NCBI GenBank assembly: GCA_951406725.2
Contig: OX597819.1
Coordinates: forward strand, 104,904,001-104,968,000
Direction: 5' to 3'
Origin: Octopus vulgaris
Taxonomy: Eukaryota
DNA: 64,000 nt
Within the stretch, counting starts at the first letter, position 1; every line of letters starts with the position of its first letter. Shown here piece after piece: positions 24,060-37,189 of the stretch. The notes under the pieces are model-generated. The model saw only the letters and a program-made list of their open reading frames with translations, did not search any database and was not told the DNA's origin. The position numbers and the translations under genes were made by a program.

Positions 24060-26730
24060 GAGCTCTATGTACCTTGGGTATGTGCTGTGGTTTGTTTTGG
24101 CTCCCTTATTTTCACTGTATTGAAACTACTTTATGTAGTGTGTGTGCAGTACCTAGTAGTGCTATTTTCTACATGTTATATATATTTGTAAGTCCGGGTG
24201 TTTTGGTTATGTATTTGTGTTTAATTTTTTAATCATACCTAATGTACCTATTATTATAGGGATTGTTTCTATTTTTAGGCTGCCCATTTGGTTTATATCT
24301 GTTTCCAAATCTTTGTATTTTGAGAGTTCTGTCATTTCTTCCAGTGACACATTGTCATCTGTAAGGATTGATATGGTATTCTTTTTTTTTCTTAGTCATT
24401 TCTAAGAACTAAATCTGGTCTATTAGCTTTGATCTCAATCTGTTTATTGGCATATTCCAGAGTATGGTTGCTTTGTCATTTTCTGAGACCTTTTCTGGGA
24501 TATGTCTATACCATCTCTTTTCTGTTGTCATCCCATAGCTTCAAGTGTATATAGGTCCCAACTCTGTCATGATTACGGATATATTCCCTCTTAGCCAGGA
24601 CTGGGCAGCTAGAAACAATATGATTTATTGTTTCTTCACCATCACCACATATTCTGCAGTTGTTTATTGTATGTTTCTTCAGAATGTGCTTTTGGTGGTT
24701 TCTGGCGAGGAGGCTTCAATCTTGTGCCACAATTCAAAACTATTCTATCTCTGCAGTGATTCCTGAGCTTCTCAACCAGTTTTGGGGTTTTACTTTGTCT
24801 ATTTCTTTTCTGTTTAGCTTATCCTAGGATTTGCCATGTAAGAGATTTTCTTGCTATTGATTTATCTTGGTATTTTGTAGTTTCAGTTTCAGCTTAGATT
24901 TTAGTTCCTTTCAGCTTTTGTTGTTTCTTTTTTTCCTTCATAGTTGTCTGGTATTATGACCTCTTTCTTGTATTTTCAGCTTCCTTGAAGATAGAAAGCT
25001 GCTTTTTGTTTTGCTCATGCTTTGTAACTTTTTGCACCAGTTTTTCTCAGTTCTGAGTCAGATATCTCTGTAATGCTATAGTAATTTTCTAGTTGTATAT
25101 GACCTCTACCACCTTCAATTCATTGTATATATAACCTTTCTATGTTGGATTTTAGATGCTGTATTCTAAATTCTGCCATTATTTTTCTTGTTTTCTTGTC
25201 TAGATTGGTTTGTTCATTTAGTGTCCAGTCAAGAATATTGTTGCTGTAACTTATAATTGGGACAGCTAAAATATTGATACTTATTTTGTTTTTCAGATTG
25301 AGTTCTGTTTTAAGTATTAATCCAACTCATCTGTAGTATTCCTTCCTTATCTTCCCTTTTATTTGTATATGTTGTACTGTGCCTAGTTTATAAACTCCTA
25401 AGGCTTTGGTGCAGTTTTCTTATTTAATGTCCTTTATCTAGTGTGATATTGTTACTCTTTACTAGTTTTCATCTTCTGAGAGTTGCTTTAGTACATTTTT
25501 CAAAGCCAAATTTCGTATTTATTTCTTTGGTAAATCCATGCACTGTCTGTAGTAATGCTTCCAGTTGATTATCATTTGCAGTTTTAGATCATCCTTATGC
25601 AAGGGATGGTTGATTGTTTTACCACACGGTTATATCCAAATCCAGTTCTACCAAGCATATCAGTTAAATATATTGGTGCCGAACAGAAAGGAAATGAAGA
25701 GAGCAAATCTCCTTGGAATATTCCTCTTCTAATGGGGTTGGCTTTAATTTTTATAATTCTCTCTTTTGCCTGTAGCTGCAGAACTGTTTACCATTTATTC
25801 ATAACATCATCATAATCATCATCGTTTAGCATCCGCTTTCCATGCTAGCATGGGTTGGACGGTTCAACTGGGGTCTGGGAAGCCAGAAGGCTGCATCAGG
25901 CCCAGTCTGATCTGGCAATGTTTCTACGGCTGGATGCCCTTCCTAACGCCAACCACTCTGTGAGTGTAGTGGGATTTTTCCGTGTCACCAGCACAGGTGC
26001 CAGACAAGGCTGGCAAACGGCCACGATCGGATGGTGCTTTTTACTTGCCACCGGCACGGGAGCCAGGCAAGGCTGGTAACGACCACGAACAGATGGTGCT
26101 TTTTACGTGCCGTCGGTGATACCTTGTTCATAGCTAATGTTTTCAGGATCCATGTATTGGGAATATTGTCAAATGTTTTCCAGTAATAAATTCAGGTTAG
26201 ACCCTTCTTTTTCTTTCAGCAGTCTTCACTAATTACCTTATCAATCAATAGCTGATCTTTACAGTTATATTAGCCTTTGTTACACCCTTTCTGCTCTTCT
26301 GAAAACAGATTGTTTTCTTCTAGATGTTTTTCCCATTCTCTGCAATATCATTGCAGTTACTAATATTTAACCAGCAGAATTGTTAGCATGCTGGAAAAAA
26401 TGCTCAGTAGCATTTCATCCATCTTTTCGTTATGAGTTCAAATTCCACCAAGGTTGAAACAAATACCAGTTGAACACTGGAATTGATGTAATCAACTTCC
26501 CCACACACCCAAATTGCTGGCCTTGTACCAAAATTAGAAAGAAACTATTATTTCAAGTTTTTCTGAAAATAGCTTCCTTTCATTTCGCTTATCGTCATCA
26601 TCAACTCCTTTTCATTCAGTCACCATTTCCTTCTTTTTGTCTATGTTTAACTTCTATCATGTTTTCTCTTTTTCTTTGTTTCCTTTCTGACATCCTCCCC
26701 GACCACCCACTTTCAATCTCCAGCTCCACT
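24060..26730 (-). mobile_element. Heavily decayed R4/Dong-like (RLE-type) non-LTR retrotransposon, interrupted by SINEs
   Basis: Minus-strand peptides CKDQLLIDKVI (~26240), PIRRGIFQGD (~25710-25740), INILAVPIISYS..ILDWT...LDKKTRK (~25185-25280) and RLE-like KANRPDLV...SKYKDLE...IPIIIGTLG (~24235-24430); many stops and frameshifts. Confidence 0.7.
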
Positions 26731-27284
26731 TAATGAGTCAAAGAACACTCTCTTTTACTTGTTTCAGTCATTTGACTGTGACCATGCTGGAGCACCGCCT
26801 TTAGTCAAGCAAATCAACCCCAGGACTTATTCTTTGTAAGCCTAGTACTTATTCTATCGGTCTCTTTTGCCGAACCGCTAAGTTACGGGGATGTAAACAC
26901 ACTACCATCAGTTGTCAAGCGATGTTGGGGGACAAACACAGACATACAAACATATACACACATATACATATATATATATACGACAGGCATCTTTCAGTTT
27001 CTGTTTACCAAATTCATTCACAAGGCTTTGATCAGCTCGAAGCTATAGTAGAAGACACTTGCCCAAGGTGCCACACAGTGGGAATGAACCCGGACCCATG
27101 TGGTTGGTAAGCAAGCTACTTACCACACAGCCACTCCTGCATATGTAAGTATTTGATTTTTATCCCGAACCAATAATTCAATTATTCCTAGCAATTCACT
27201 TTAGCAACTTAATGAATTTAACTTCAACATTACCATCCCACCCCAAACACTGACACAAATACATGCACACAGCCACACACACAA

Positions 27285-27321
<37 letters not shown>

Positions 27322-28329
27322 GGCACAAACACATATACATGCACACACACACACATGAGACAAACTCAAGGCAGACCTTGAAGAGAGACGGTGTCATTGA
27401 TTAGGTTGCAAATAGCAATGAAAGGACTTTGACAAACAAACAACCAATTGATTGCTTAACAAACCCACTAAACAAACAAACAATTGATTTGTTAGTTGCT
27501 GAGATAATTAACCGATTGACTAACAATAAGGAAATGATATTGAACCAGTACTTGTGTTTATTATTATTGCTTCATTCAGAAGGTGGCAAGCTGGCAGAAT
27601 CATTAGCATACCAAGTGAAATGCTTAGTGGTATTTTGTCTGCCGCTACGTTCTGAGTTCAAATTCCACCAAGGTCGACTTTGCCTTTCATCCTTTTCGGG
27701 TCGATTAAATAAGTACCAGTTACGCACTGGTGTCAATATAATCGATTTAATCTGTTTGTCTGTCCTTGTTTGTCCTCTCTGTGTTTAGCCCCTTGTGGGT
27801 AGTAAAGAAATAGGTATTTCATCTGTCTTTACGTTCTGAGTTCAAATTCCACTGAGGTTGACTTTGCCTTTCATCCTTTCGGGGGTGGGGGGTGGGGCAT
27901 AAAATAAGTACCAGTTGCGTACTGGGATTGATTTAATCAACTGGCCCCCTCCCTCAAAATTTCAGGCCTTGTGCCTAGATTAGAAAGGATTATTGCTTCT
28001 TGCAGGACAACAGCATTTATCTTCCTGGATTCACTTACAAAGAAGCAGGGCAGCACAGATAAGCTACCCCTACCATAGTTAAGAATCAACCCCTGACACC
28101 TCCTAAGCTGAGTTTCTGACAAGAATTTGGGCTCCATCATTGCTGAAGTGGTCTTACATTTGTTCACCATCTCAAATATCTGTTGGTAAATAATCATTGA
28201 CATTATTCTGATTCTCTCTCTGTCCTTTTGAGAGGTTTTATTTATGTCCTGATGGGTTTCATCAGGTTAGCATGGTGGGTACATGTGTTTAATAACCAAA
28301 AACTTGACCATGTAATGAAATATATTGAA

Positions 28330-28693
28330 CTGGCACTATGACCCAGCGTTGCCGGGTCATAGTGCTAGTGCATGTATATACAGCTGCATGCATGTGCACA
28401 TACACGCGAGTACTGTCCAAATCTGTGACCAATCACATACAGCTAGCTGGCATTCAATTGGCGTACCAAGTTTCAGGCATTTTGATTGGGTTTTGGATAG
28501 AAAATTCACAAAAAAGTCACTTCTATTGATTTTTTAACGGCTTTGCGAGGTGACTGGGGAAATGTAAAGATGTGCACGACCACCCTAGGACGGTTTTGAA
28601 TGACCATAGAAAGTGCGAGCCCTCTAATAGAAAAATTGTGGATTTGTATAAAGGACATACACGCAGAAATTTTGCCATTTATATATAGAGAGA
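28330..28693 (-). mobile_element. Non-autonomous Helitron-like element
   Basis: Minus strand begins A|TCTCTCTATATATAAA and ends in the hairpin CTAGCACTATGACCC-N9-GGGTCATAGTGCCAG|T; AT target site, no TSD. Confidence 0.6.
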
Positions 28694-28751
28694 TTACATG
28701 TTACCATAAGCTACACTCAGAATAAGGTGACATATACTACTACCACTAATG

Positions 28752-28782
<31 letters not shown>

Positions 28783-29493
28783 CACTGCCGCTGCTGCCAC
28801 CACCACAAACACACATACACAAACATGCTCTCACACACCTGTTGGCACATGCACGCAAACACATATGTATACACATACACACATTCCACGTTGCATAGTG
28901 AGGTTCAATAGTTGTAATACTGTAACAGTGAGCGTTCATTGCAGGAGAGTCACAAAGCTGAACAGATCAATAATCAATAAGTGTTTTAGAGAGACAGTGT
29001 GGAAGGAAGAGAAGGGAAACAAAGAGGGGAGACTGGTGTTCTCGCTTTTCTGTTAATTAGAGTTAGCTTAACTATTGCAGCTTCAGTTTTGGGGTAACAA
29101 TAGCAAAACAATGGCTGAGACAAACTACTATATCAACTGTAACAGAGACAACAGCAACAACAACAACAGTAACTGCAATAGCCAAAAACGAGGAGAAGCT
29201 GGAAATGACATTTCTATGAATTTACTCGAGCTGTTAGATATAGCTACTAAATCTCCCTCAAATCTCACCCTATCATCAGGTAATGTGGTCTTAGATTTAC
29301 TCTAGACACCTGAGTTAGTCATGGTTGGAGTGGCTTGATCATAGGTATGTTAAATCAGGATTGATCAAAAGCTAAACAACAATGGTACACACACACACAC
29401 CATCATCATCATCATCACCATCATCATCAATAATTCATATATCATATTTGAAAAAGAAGCATACTCTAAAACATTAGAGCAGTAATGTATTTA

Positions 29494-29700
29494 TTTAAGA
29501 GGTTAAAAAGTTATGGCCAGTCATAGAGTGACCATTCATTTCACACCTATAAAGTGCCTAACAGTATAGGCAACTTGTTAGGCTAAAATGGCCGAAATAT
29601 GAAGGCCATTTGAGTTTGAGTTGCCTATATTGCTGAATGATTTATAGGTGCAAAACCGATGGTCACTCTATGACTGGCCATAACGTCTAACTTCCTAAAA
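29494..29700. repeat. ~200-bp palindromic (foldback) element
   Basis: Perfect 26-bp inverted repeat at 29510-29535 / 29659-29684, plus inner arms cacctataaa/tttataggtg and tataggcaact/agttgcctata. Confidence 0.8.
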
Positions 29701-29737
29701 TGCATATATATGCCTTAGATAGAAATAATTACAATAC

Positions 29738-31175
29738 CTTAGATAGAAATAAATAATTACAGAGGTATCAAATTGTTGGATCAGGTGATGAAAGTTGTGG
29801 AGAGAGTCATACCCAAACTAAGGAGAAGGTTAGTCTAAATGAGATGCAGTTTGGCTTTGTTCCGGGTAGAAGCACCACTGATGCTATATTTCTGGTAAAG
29901 CAACTGCAGGAGAAATACCTAGCCAAAGATAAACCTCTGTACTTGGCTTTTGTTGACTTGGAGAAAGCTTTTGACAGAGTACCCCAATCCGTTATCTGGT
30001 GGTCAATGTGGAAACTAGGGATAGAGGAGTGGTTGCTGACAGCTGTACAAGCCTTATACAAGGATGCTACCAGTAAGGTGAGGGTGGGAAACGAGTACAG
30101 CAAAGAATTCAGGGTACTAGTAGGGGTTTACCAAGAATTAGTGCTCAGCCCCATCTAGTTCATCATAGTCCTCCAGGCAATAACAGAGGAATTCAAGACA
30201 GGCTGCCCCTGAGAGTCCTCTATGCTGATCACCTTGCTCTTATAGCTGAATCACTATCTGAGCTAGAGAAGTTCCAGGTATGGAAACAAGGTCTTGAATC
30301 AAAGGGTCTTAGAGTTAACCTCACAAAAACCAAAGTCATAGTAAGTAGGAAGGCAGATAAATCACAAACCCTCTCAGGTAAATGGCCCTGCTCAATCCGT
30401 AGAAAAGATGTAGGTAGAAACTCCATAAGATGCACCAAGTGTAAGCTTTGGATACACAAAAGGTGCAGCAACATCAAAGGAAGGTTAACAGAGAAACCAA
30501 CTTTTATATGTGGAAGGTGCACAGGCATAATAAATGCTGAACATGTGTGGAAAATAAACTCCATCAACTGCCGGGGTAGCTATCTAGAGGTAGTAGATAG
30601 CTTCTGTTATCTAGGTGTCCAAGTAAGTAGTGGAGGTGGATGATGCTCTAAGCGTGTAGCTATGAGAATAAGATTAGGCTTGGCAAAGTTCAGAGAGCTC
30701 CTATCCCTGCTGGCAACAAAGGGCCTCTCTCTCAGAGTGAAAAGCAGATTGTTTGATGCCTGTGTGCAAACAGCTATGCTGCATAGCAGTGAAACATGGG
30801 CTATGACAGCTGAGGACATGCGTAGGCTTTAAAGGAATGAAGCCTGTATGCTTCGCTGGATGTGCAATGTCAGTGTTCATGCTCAAGAGAGTGTAAGCAT
30901 CTTGAGATAAAAGTTAGGCATAAGAGAAATCAGATGTGGTATGCAAGAGAGATGACTGTGCTGGTATGGCCATGTGATGTGTATGGATGAGGATAATTGT
31001 GTAAAGTAATGCTGATCTCTAACTGTTGATGGAACCTGTGGAAGAGGTAGACTGAGGAAGATATGGGATGAGGTGGTGAAGCATGATCTTCGAACTTTGA
31101 AGCTCACAGAAGAAATGATTTGTGACTGAGACCTTTAGCGATGTGCTCTGCTTAAGAGGACCCATCAAGCCAAGT
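29738..31175 (+). mobile_element. Decayed, 5'-truncated RTE-clade LINE (RT to 3' end)
   Basis: NYRGIKLLDQVMKV, MQFGFVPGRSTTDAIF, YLAFVDLEKAFDRVP, YAD(D>H)L, Cys-rich insert, SETWA and GRGR motifs; stops and frameshifts. Confidence 0.88.
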
Positions 31176-31207
31176 AACCCTGTGCTGGTGGCATGTAAAG
31201 AATCAAC

Positions 31208-31915
31208 CTTTGAATGTTGGGCCTCAAAGTGGTTGAGTTCCTTTTGAGTATTGGGCCTCATGGAGGCAAAGTGGCTGAGTTCCTTTCGAGTGTTAGGCCT
31301 CATGGAGGTGGGGTGGCTGAGTTCCTTTCAAGTGTTGGGCCTCATGGGGGCAAAGTGGCCAAGCTCCTTTCAAGTGTTGGGCCTCACGGAGGCAAAGACC
31401 AAGACCTATGGCATTCTGTCGTGCATAAGAAGACCCATCGGGCCAAGTAAAATCACAGTTGTGGCAAATACCAGTGTCTCATAAATAGTACCTGTGCCAG
31501 TGGCATGGGTGCCAAAGCTCTTGGTCATTGCCTTCTTGAGGCCCAACACTCGAAAGGAGCTCGGCCACTTTGCCTCCATGAAGCCCAACATTCGAAAGGA
31601 ACTCAGCTATCTCGCCTCTGTGAGGCCCATTCGAAAGGAGCTCAGCCACTTTGCCTCTATGCAGCCAAGGAGCTCAGTCACTTTGCCTCCATGGGGCTCG
31701 ACACTTGAAAGGAACTCAGCCATCTCACATCCATGAGGCTCACTCAAAACGAACTCAGTCACCTCACCTCTGTGAGGCCCAACACTCGAAAAGAATTCAG
31801 CCACTTTGCCTTCATGAGGCCCAATGCTCAAAAGGAGCTCAGTCACTTTACCTCTATCAGGCCCAATGTTCAAAAGGTACTCATACACTTTGCCTCCGTG
31901 AGGCCCAACATTCAA
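31208..31915. repeat. Two 42-bp tandem arrays in inverted orientation
   Basis: Unit gagttcctttcgagtgttgggcctcatggaggcaaagtggct (period 42: 31235, 31277, 31319); ~4.5 copies on + (31208-31400) and ~9 copies on - (31537-31915). Confidence 0.88.
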
Positions 31916-33527
31916 GGTTGAATTTTTTTTTAGTAAGAAAATGGAGATTGGGGAATTCATAATTGTTTATTATCAACAGCAAATTAATCATCATCCCTTA
32001 CAGCTCTTTCAATTAAATATTGAGTAAATATTAAATATTAAATTTCAGTAAATATTAAATTTATATGATCTGAGCATAATATCTTCAGAGGGAAAAAAAT
32101 ATACCCTTGGATGTTTTATATGTGTTGGGTGTTACATGTATGGATCAAAACTATTTGATTTAAACTCCTTGGTACTCAGAGTTTCAAGTGTGTCGCTAGT
32201 CCTCAATCATTGAGTCTGAATGAGAGTTTGATTAAAGAGAGTCAATGTTTACTACTGGTTGTTAGACTGCGATTGGTCAAGAAAGGTCATGCGGTGTCAC
32301 AGTTTGATGTTAGTATTTCAGCGCCAACATAATTATTTGGAAAATGCTGCATGGTGAACAGGAAATCGGTCGTGTGGTTTGGAGGAAGTAGGAAGGAGTG
32401 GCAAATATGGGAGTATATATGTATATATGTGTACATGTATATACAGACACACCACACACAACTTTTTAAACAGAATTTTCTGTTATTAACAATTTGAACC
32501 TCTTAAGTTTAGAAGTGATGGCAATCTCTCGTTAAGGTTCATGTGACATGTAACTATCTTAATAAAAAATCCTATCATTCTGTTAAGGCACAAACTAGAA
32601 GAAACACTACTACTTATTCAACTAAAGTTTGTTCAGTAGGTGATTTGCACGTGATTTCGGAAATAACTGAAAATCAGCTACCAAACATATTTCTAGAACT
32701 AGTGTCATGGTTTGCATGTTTAATGACGGTAACCAGGCTGGAAATGAAGAAACACAAGAATAAATTTATTTAGAAATGTAAGAAATTCTTTCACGTCAGA
32801 TTAATTCTACAATATATAGAACTACAGTTACTTAAATATCAAATTGTACAAGGACTTTATAATGACATTGTATATTTTTGCATTTACCAATCTTTGTACT
32901 TTGATTAATAATTCAAAACAATAGGATTGCAATGATGTGACAGCAGCCAAAATGTGACAGTTTGTTCTTTTTATTCCTTGTGCGTTTTATTATGTCAGTT
33001 TTTCCATACCAGCATGAGTTAGTTGAATACAGTACTCTTTTCTACTCTAGACACAAGGCCTGAAATTTTGAAGGAGGGGGCCAGTTGATTAGATCGACCT
33101 CAGTATGCAACTGGTACTTAATTTATCGACCCTGAAAGGATGAAAGGCAAAGTCGATCTCATCAGAATTTGAACTCAGAACGTAAAGACAGACGAAAATA
33201 CCGCTAAGCATTTCACCCGGCATGCTAACGTTTCTTATTTCTTTATTGCCCACAAGGGGCTAAACATAGATGGGACAAACAAGAACAGACAAAGTGAATA
33301 AGTCGATTACATCGACTCCAGTGCATAACTGGTACAGCCTTGTCACACTCTGTGTCATGCTGAATCTCCCTGAGAACTACATTAAGGGTACATGTGTCTG
33401 TGAAGTGCTCAGCCCCTTGCATCTTAATTTCATAAGCAGGCTGTTCCATTGATTGGATCAACTGCAACACTCGTCGTCATAACTGATAGAGTGCCACATA
33501 TACATGTATATGTATGTATATATATAT

Positions 33528-33760
33528 ATATAATATGTGACAAATATTTGGTTGCTATGATAAAACTCCGAGTTTTGGATGTCGGGGCGGAAACCTGCAC
33601 CAGCATCTCTTCAGTTATCAAGACAATTAAAATATGCTATGAAAATGACTGTTAAACAAAGGGAAATTACTATGTAATTGACTAATAGCTCTTTTGTTTT
33701 AGTTTTGTCTGAAACTCAGAGTTTTATTATGGCAACCGAATAATTGTCACATATTATATT
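33528..33760. mobile_element. MITE-like element with ~50-bp inverted ends, in an (AT)n context
   Basis: ataatatgtgacaaatatttggttgctatgataaaactccgagtttt vs aaactcagagttttattatggcaaccgaataattgtcacatattat. Confidence 0.65.
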
Positions 33761-34149
33761 TACAGATAAATTCCTCTATTTACATAATATTGAGGTCTCT
33801 TTCATTCTTTTGTTGTCTTACCATTACTATTAATATATATATATCACCATGACCGACCAGGCTATCAGATGTTGCTACACATCGCTGGTCACAATGCGCT
33901 TCACATTGTTTTAGCCTTCAAATGACACCACCCTGCTGGCTAAGCGAGCAGGCCAACAGAAGAAAGAGTGAGAGAAAATTGCAGCGAAAGAGTAGTTTTA
34001 CAGGAGCTGACAAATTGAAGGGCTGTTCAGGCTCCCTGTCTGTTTAGGCATACATACATACATGCCTACCTATATATGTATATTTTTTTACCATTTTACT
34101 TCTTTCAGTCATTTCACTGCGACCATGCTGGAGCACAGCCTTAAATATA

Positions 34150-34207
<58 letters not shown>

Positions 34208-36506
34208 GACACACACGTACGAGTGTGTGTGTGCGTGTGTGTATGTACGTATGTAGGTATATGTCTATCTCTATATGTGTGTGTCTTTATATTTTTGTTC
34301 CCCATCACTGCTTGATAACCAATGTTGGTTTGTTTACATTCCCATGACTTAGTGGTTTGGCAAAAAGATACCAACAGAATAAGTAGCAAACTTTAAAAAA
34401 AAGTACTTTCAAGATGAGGCCTCTACTTGGCTGCAGTTAAATGACTGAAACAAGATAAAAGATAGATAGATACATACATACATACTTATATACATGAGTA
34501 CTTGCAGCACATACATATACACATATATACATAGGAGAATCTGGATGAACTGGGATTTTCAGAAAGAGAAACTGACCGGCTGATTCATACATTACAAGTA
34601 CAATCTGTGAGTGGAACAGTAAAAATATGCAAGACTTTTCTCAAGTTCCAAATGTGAATTTGTCTGTGTTAACTACATCCCAAACATGGAGCCTTGTATC
34701 TTTGTTGGAAGCCGGCTACCTCCTCAGTGGTAGATTTATAATGATTAAAAAATAGAAGAGACATACATATGTTCATACATACATGCATACATTCACACAC
34801 ACACATATACATACACACACACATATGTACATACATGCATACAGAACATTGGATCTCAGAAGCCAGCTCTTTCTCTATTGGCAAGAAATATTGAAATAAA
34901 ACACTGAATCATGACATACATATGTGCATGCATACATTCATACATGGTGGCTGCCCCCTTGTTATCGAGTATGGCCATTGCACGAAGCTTAATTAATGCT
35001 GTTATCGTGCAATGCCTGTGCAAAAGGATTTTTTTTAACTGAATAAAGGCTGTGCATTGAGTCAATCCCACTCACTAAGCAACAGCAGCCATAATCCGAA
35101 AAGAAGAACAAGTCAACATCATCGGTAACCACTGAGCCGCAGGTTTTATGTCGGAGTTATCCCAGTTACCTGAGTTATTTCTCGTAGAAGGATGCCCTAA
35201 CAAAGGCTAGTAGACCTTCACTCCCAATGGTTTAACCGTGCAATCGGGTATTCAGTCCAATTATTTCTATGTCCCCGCACATGATACAGCCTTAAAACAT
35301 TTATTGGATTGCCGTTGACTCTCAAGAGTTCCTCCGCCCCCTTGACAGGTTTTGTTTTTCATCCCGCAGGGTGTCCAATAAACACCCTCCTCACCAAGCA
35401 AGCTTGGTGGGATTGCCGGTTTAGTCGCCGACGACCCGACCATGCAACAGGTTGTACTGGGTTACATGTTACCAGTAGCATTCGAAAGTGACCTGACCAT
35501 ACATTAACACATACATACTTACATACATGCATAGATACAAGATGATCATAACTAAAACGTTGATCAATGACTGAATTTTCCCATTCATTTATCTTTGGTC
35601 AATTGCAAAGTAATGGTGGATTCCTGACCCTTCCAAGTCATTATTTTAATTTAGGTTAAATCTCAGAAATAGTAAAAAAGAATATTTTCTTATGCTAGAA
35701 TATTTAATTCGTGCAAGTGAGAGGTATCAGCTGGTCATCATACAAAACACAACCTTAATGATTGTGTTTTGTATAATACAGCAGACCAGTGCAGGTATGG
35801 CTGTGGTTAAGAAGTTCAGAATGTAACCATGTGGTTTTGGGTTCAACCCCACTGAGTAACGTCTTAGCTAAGTGTCTTTTACCATAGTTCAAGTAGCTAC
35901 TTTTGCATGAGCAGAACATGACTGCTAGTAATGCAACGCTACTATCATTCCAGATAAGCCCATTTGAACTCGTGCAAATACTAGACTTAGTAGTCAAATA
36001 TCCTTCAAATCATACTCTACTGAGTTTTAAAATAAGCTCAGAATAATGTATTTGTAGATACAGTATGTCTGAAAAAGGAAAGCAAAAAAAAATGGACAAT
36101 GCTAATGGCTTCGTCACCTAAGCTGATCAAGGTTGACATGAGGCTAGAAAACAATATGATATATCTATATTTTTAATGATATCCTATTGTTTTAGACAGA
36201 AGGAACGTTCAGGGATATCATGAATGGGGAAAAAAGGACAAGAAAATAGACATAATCGTATTGTTTTCAGGAAAAAAAGAAAGTAAATGCTAAAAATTTA
36301 AATGCAAAAGTTCCATTGTAAATTAGCTATAGAAATACAAGTTAACTAGTAAATGGAATTGTTAACCGAGATTTATAGAACTAAAAATCACACCACGTTT
36401 AATTGTTAAGTGGATGTAAAATGAACGAGTCAAGTTTCAGCTTTGTTCAATTATAGTTATGATAACAAATAGCAAAATAGAGTCTCGCAACAAGTCATAT
36501 GTCTAA

Positions 36507-36550
36507 GTCACGTGACTCAACCCGGAAGTTGTTGGTTAATAAAATGGCGG
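36507..36550 (+). promoter_or_regulatory. UBE2Z proximal promoter motifs
   Basis: GTCACGTGAC (36507-36516), CCGGAAGT (36522-36529) and AAAATGGCGG (36541-36550; YY1-like, overlapping the start codon). Confidence 0.65.
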
Positions 36551-36692
36551 TTGCTAGCTCTGATGACTCTTCCAACTTTTTTGTGGCCGAAGACATGCTC
36601 GCACACTCCAACAGTTCGAACTGGGACCCCTGTCACAGCAAAGATTGGGATAAAGAGAAACCAACGCCCCAGTGTATTCTTCGGATAAAAAG
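36544..36692 (+). CDS. UBE2Z: Ubiquitin-conjugating enzyme E2 Z, exon 1
   Basis: aaaATGGCG start; MAVASSDD...WDPCHSKDWDKEKPTPQCILRIKR; donor AG|gtacga (phase 2). Confidence 0.88.
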
Positions 36693-37103
36693 GTACGACA
36701 TACTTTTCGTCTTATTCCAGTCCCTCCTGTCTTCCTCTCTCTCCCTAGACTCTCTTCCTTACTTTCGTTTTTACTGTTTATTTATATTTACCGAAAAAAG
36801 ACGAAAGAATTGCGTCTAGCTTTTTTAAAGTATCAGATGATATGCCGTCTTAGTTGGATAATTGTTAAGTTTCCATCATCTCAAATTTATATAAATGTTA
36901 CTAACCATTTGAGAACAGATTAACTAAATGGGGGAATATTGTTAAAATGAAATAATTTTTACAGTAATTGTTGATTTAGTTATAAAGAGGAATACTTTTT
37001 TTTTTATTACTTGCGTAGGTCAAACATATCTCACACACACGCATACATATTATTTTATATATTACAGTTATAATTTGTATAAATATAATTTGCATGTGTA
37101 ATA

Positions 37104-37147
<44 letters not shown>

Positions 37148-37150
37148 GTG

Positions 37151-37189
<39 letters not shown>

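Noticed and set aside
31208-31915. Regular repeats as a CRISPR array or repeat protein gene
   Set aside because: Units are contiguous without unique spacers, there are no cas genes, the context is eukaryotic, and the ORFs arise only from the 42-bp periodicity
36499-36543. Upstream in-frame ATG (MSKSRDSTRKLLVNK) as the UBE2Z start
   Set aside because: It overlaps the E-box/ETS promoter motifs and is probably upstream of the TSS; ATG 36544 has the stronger context
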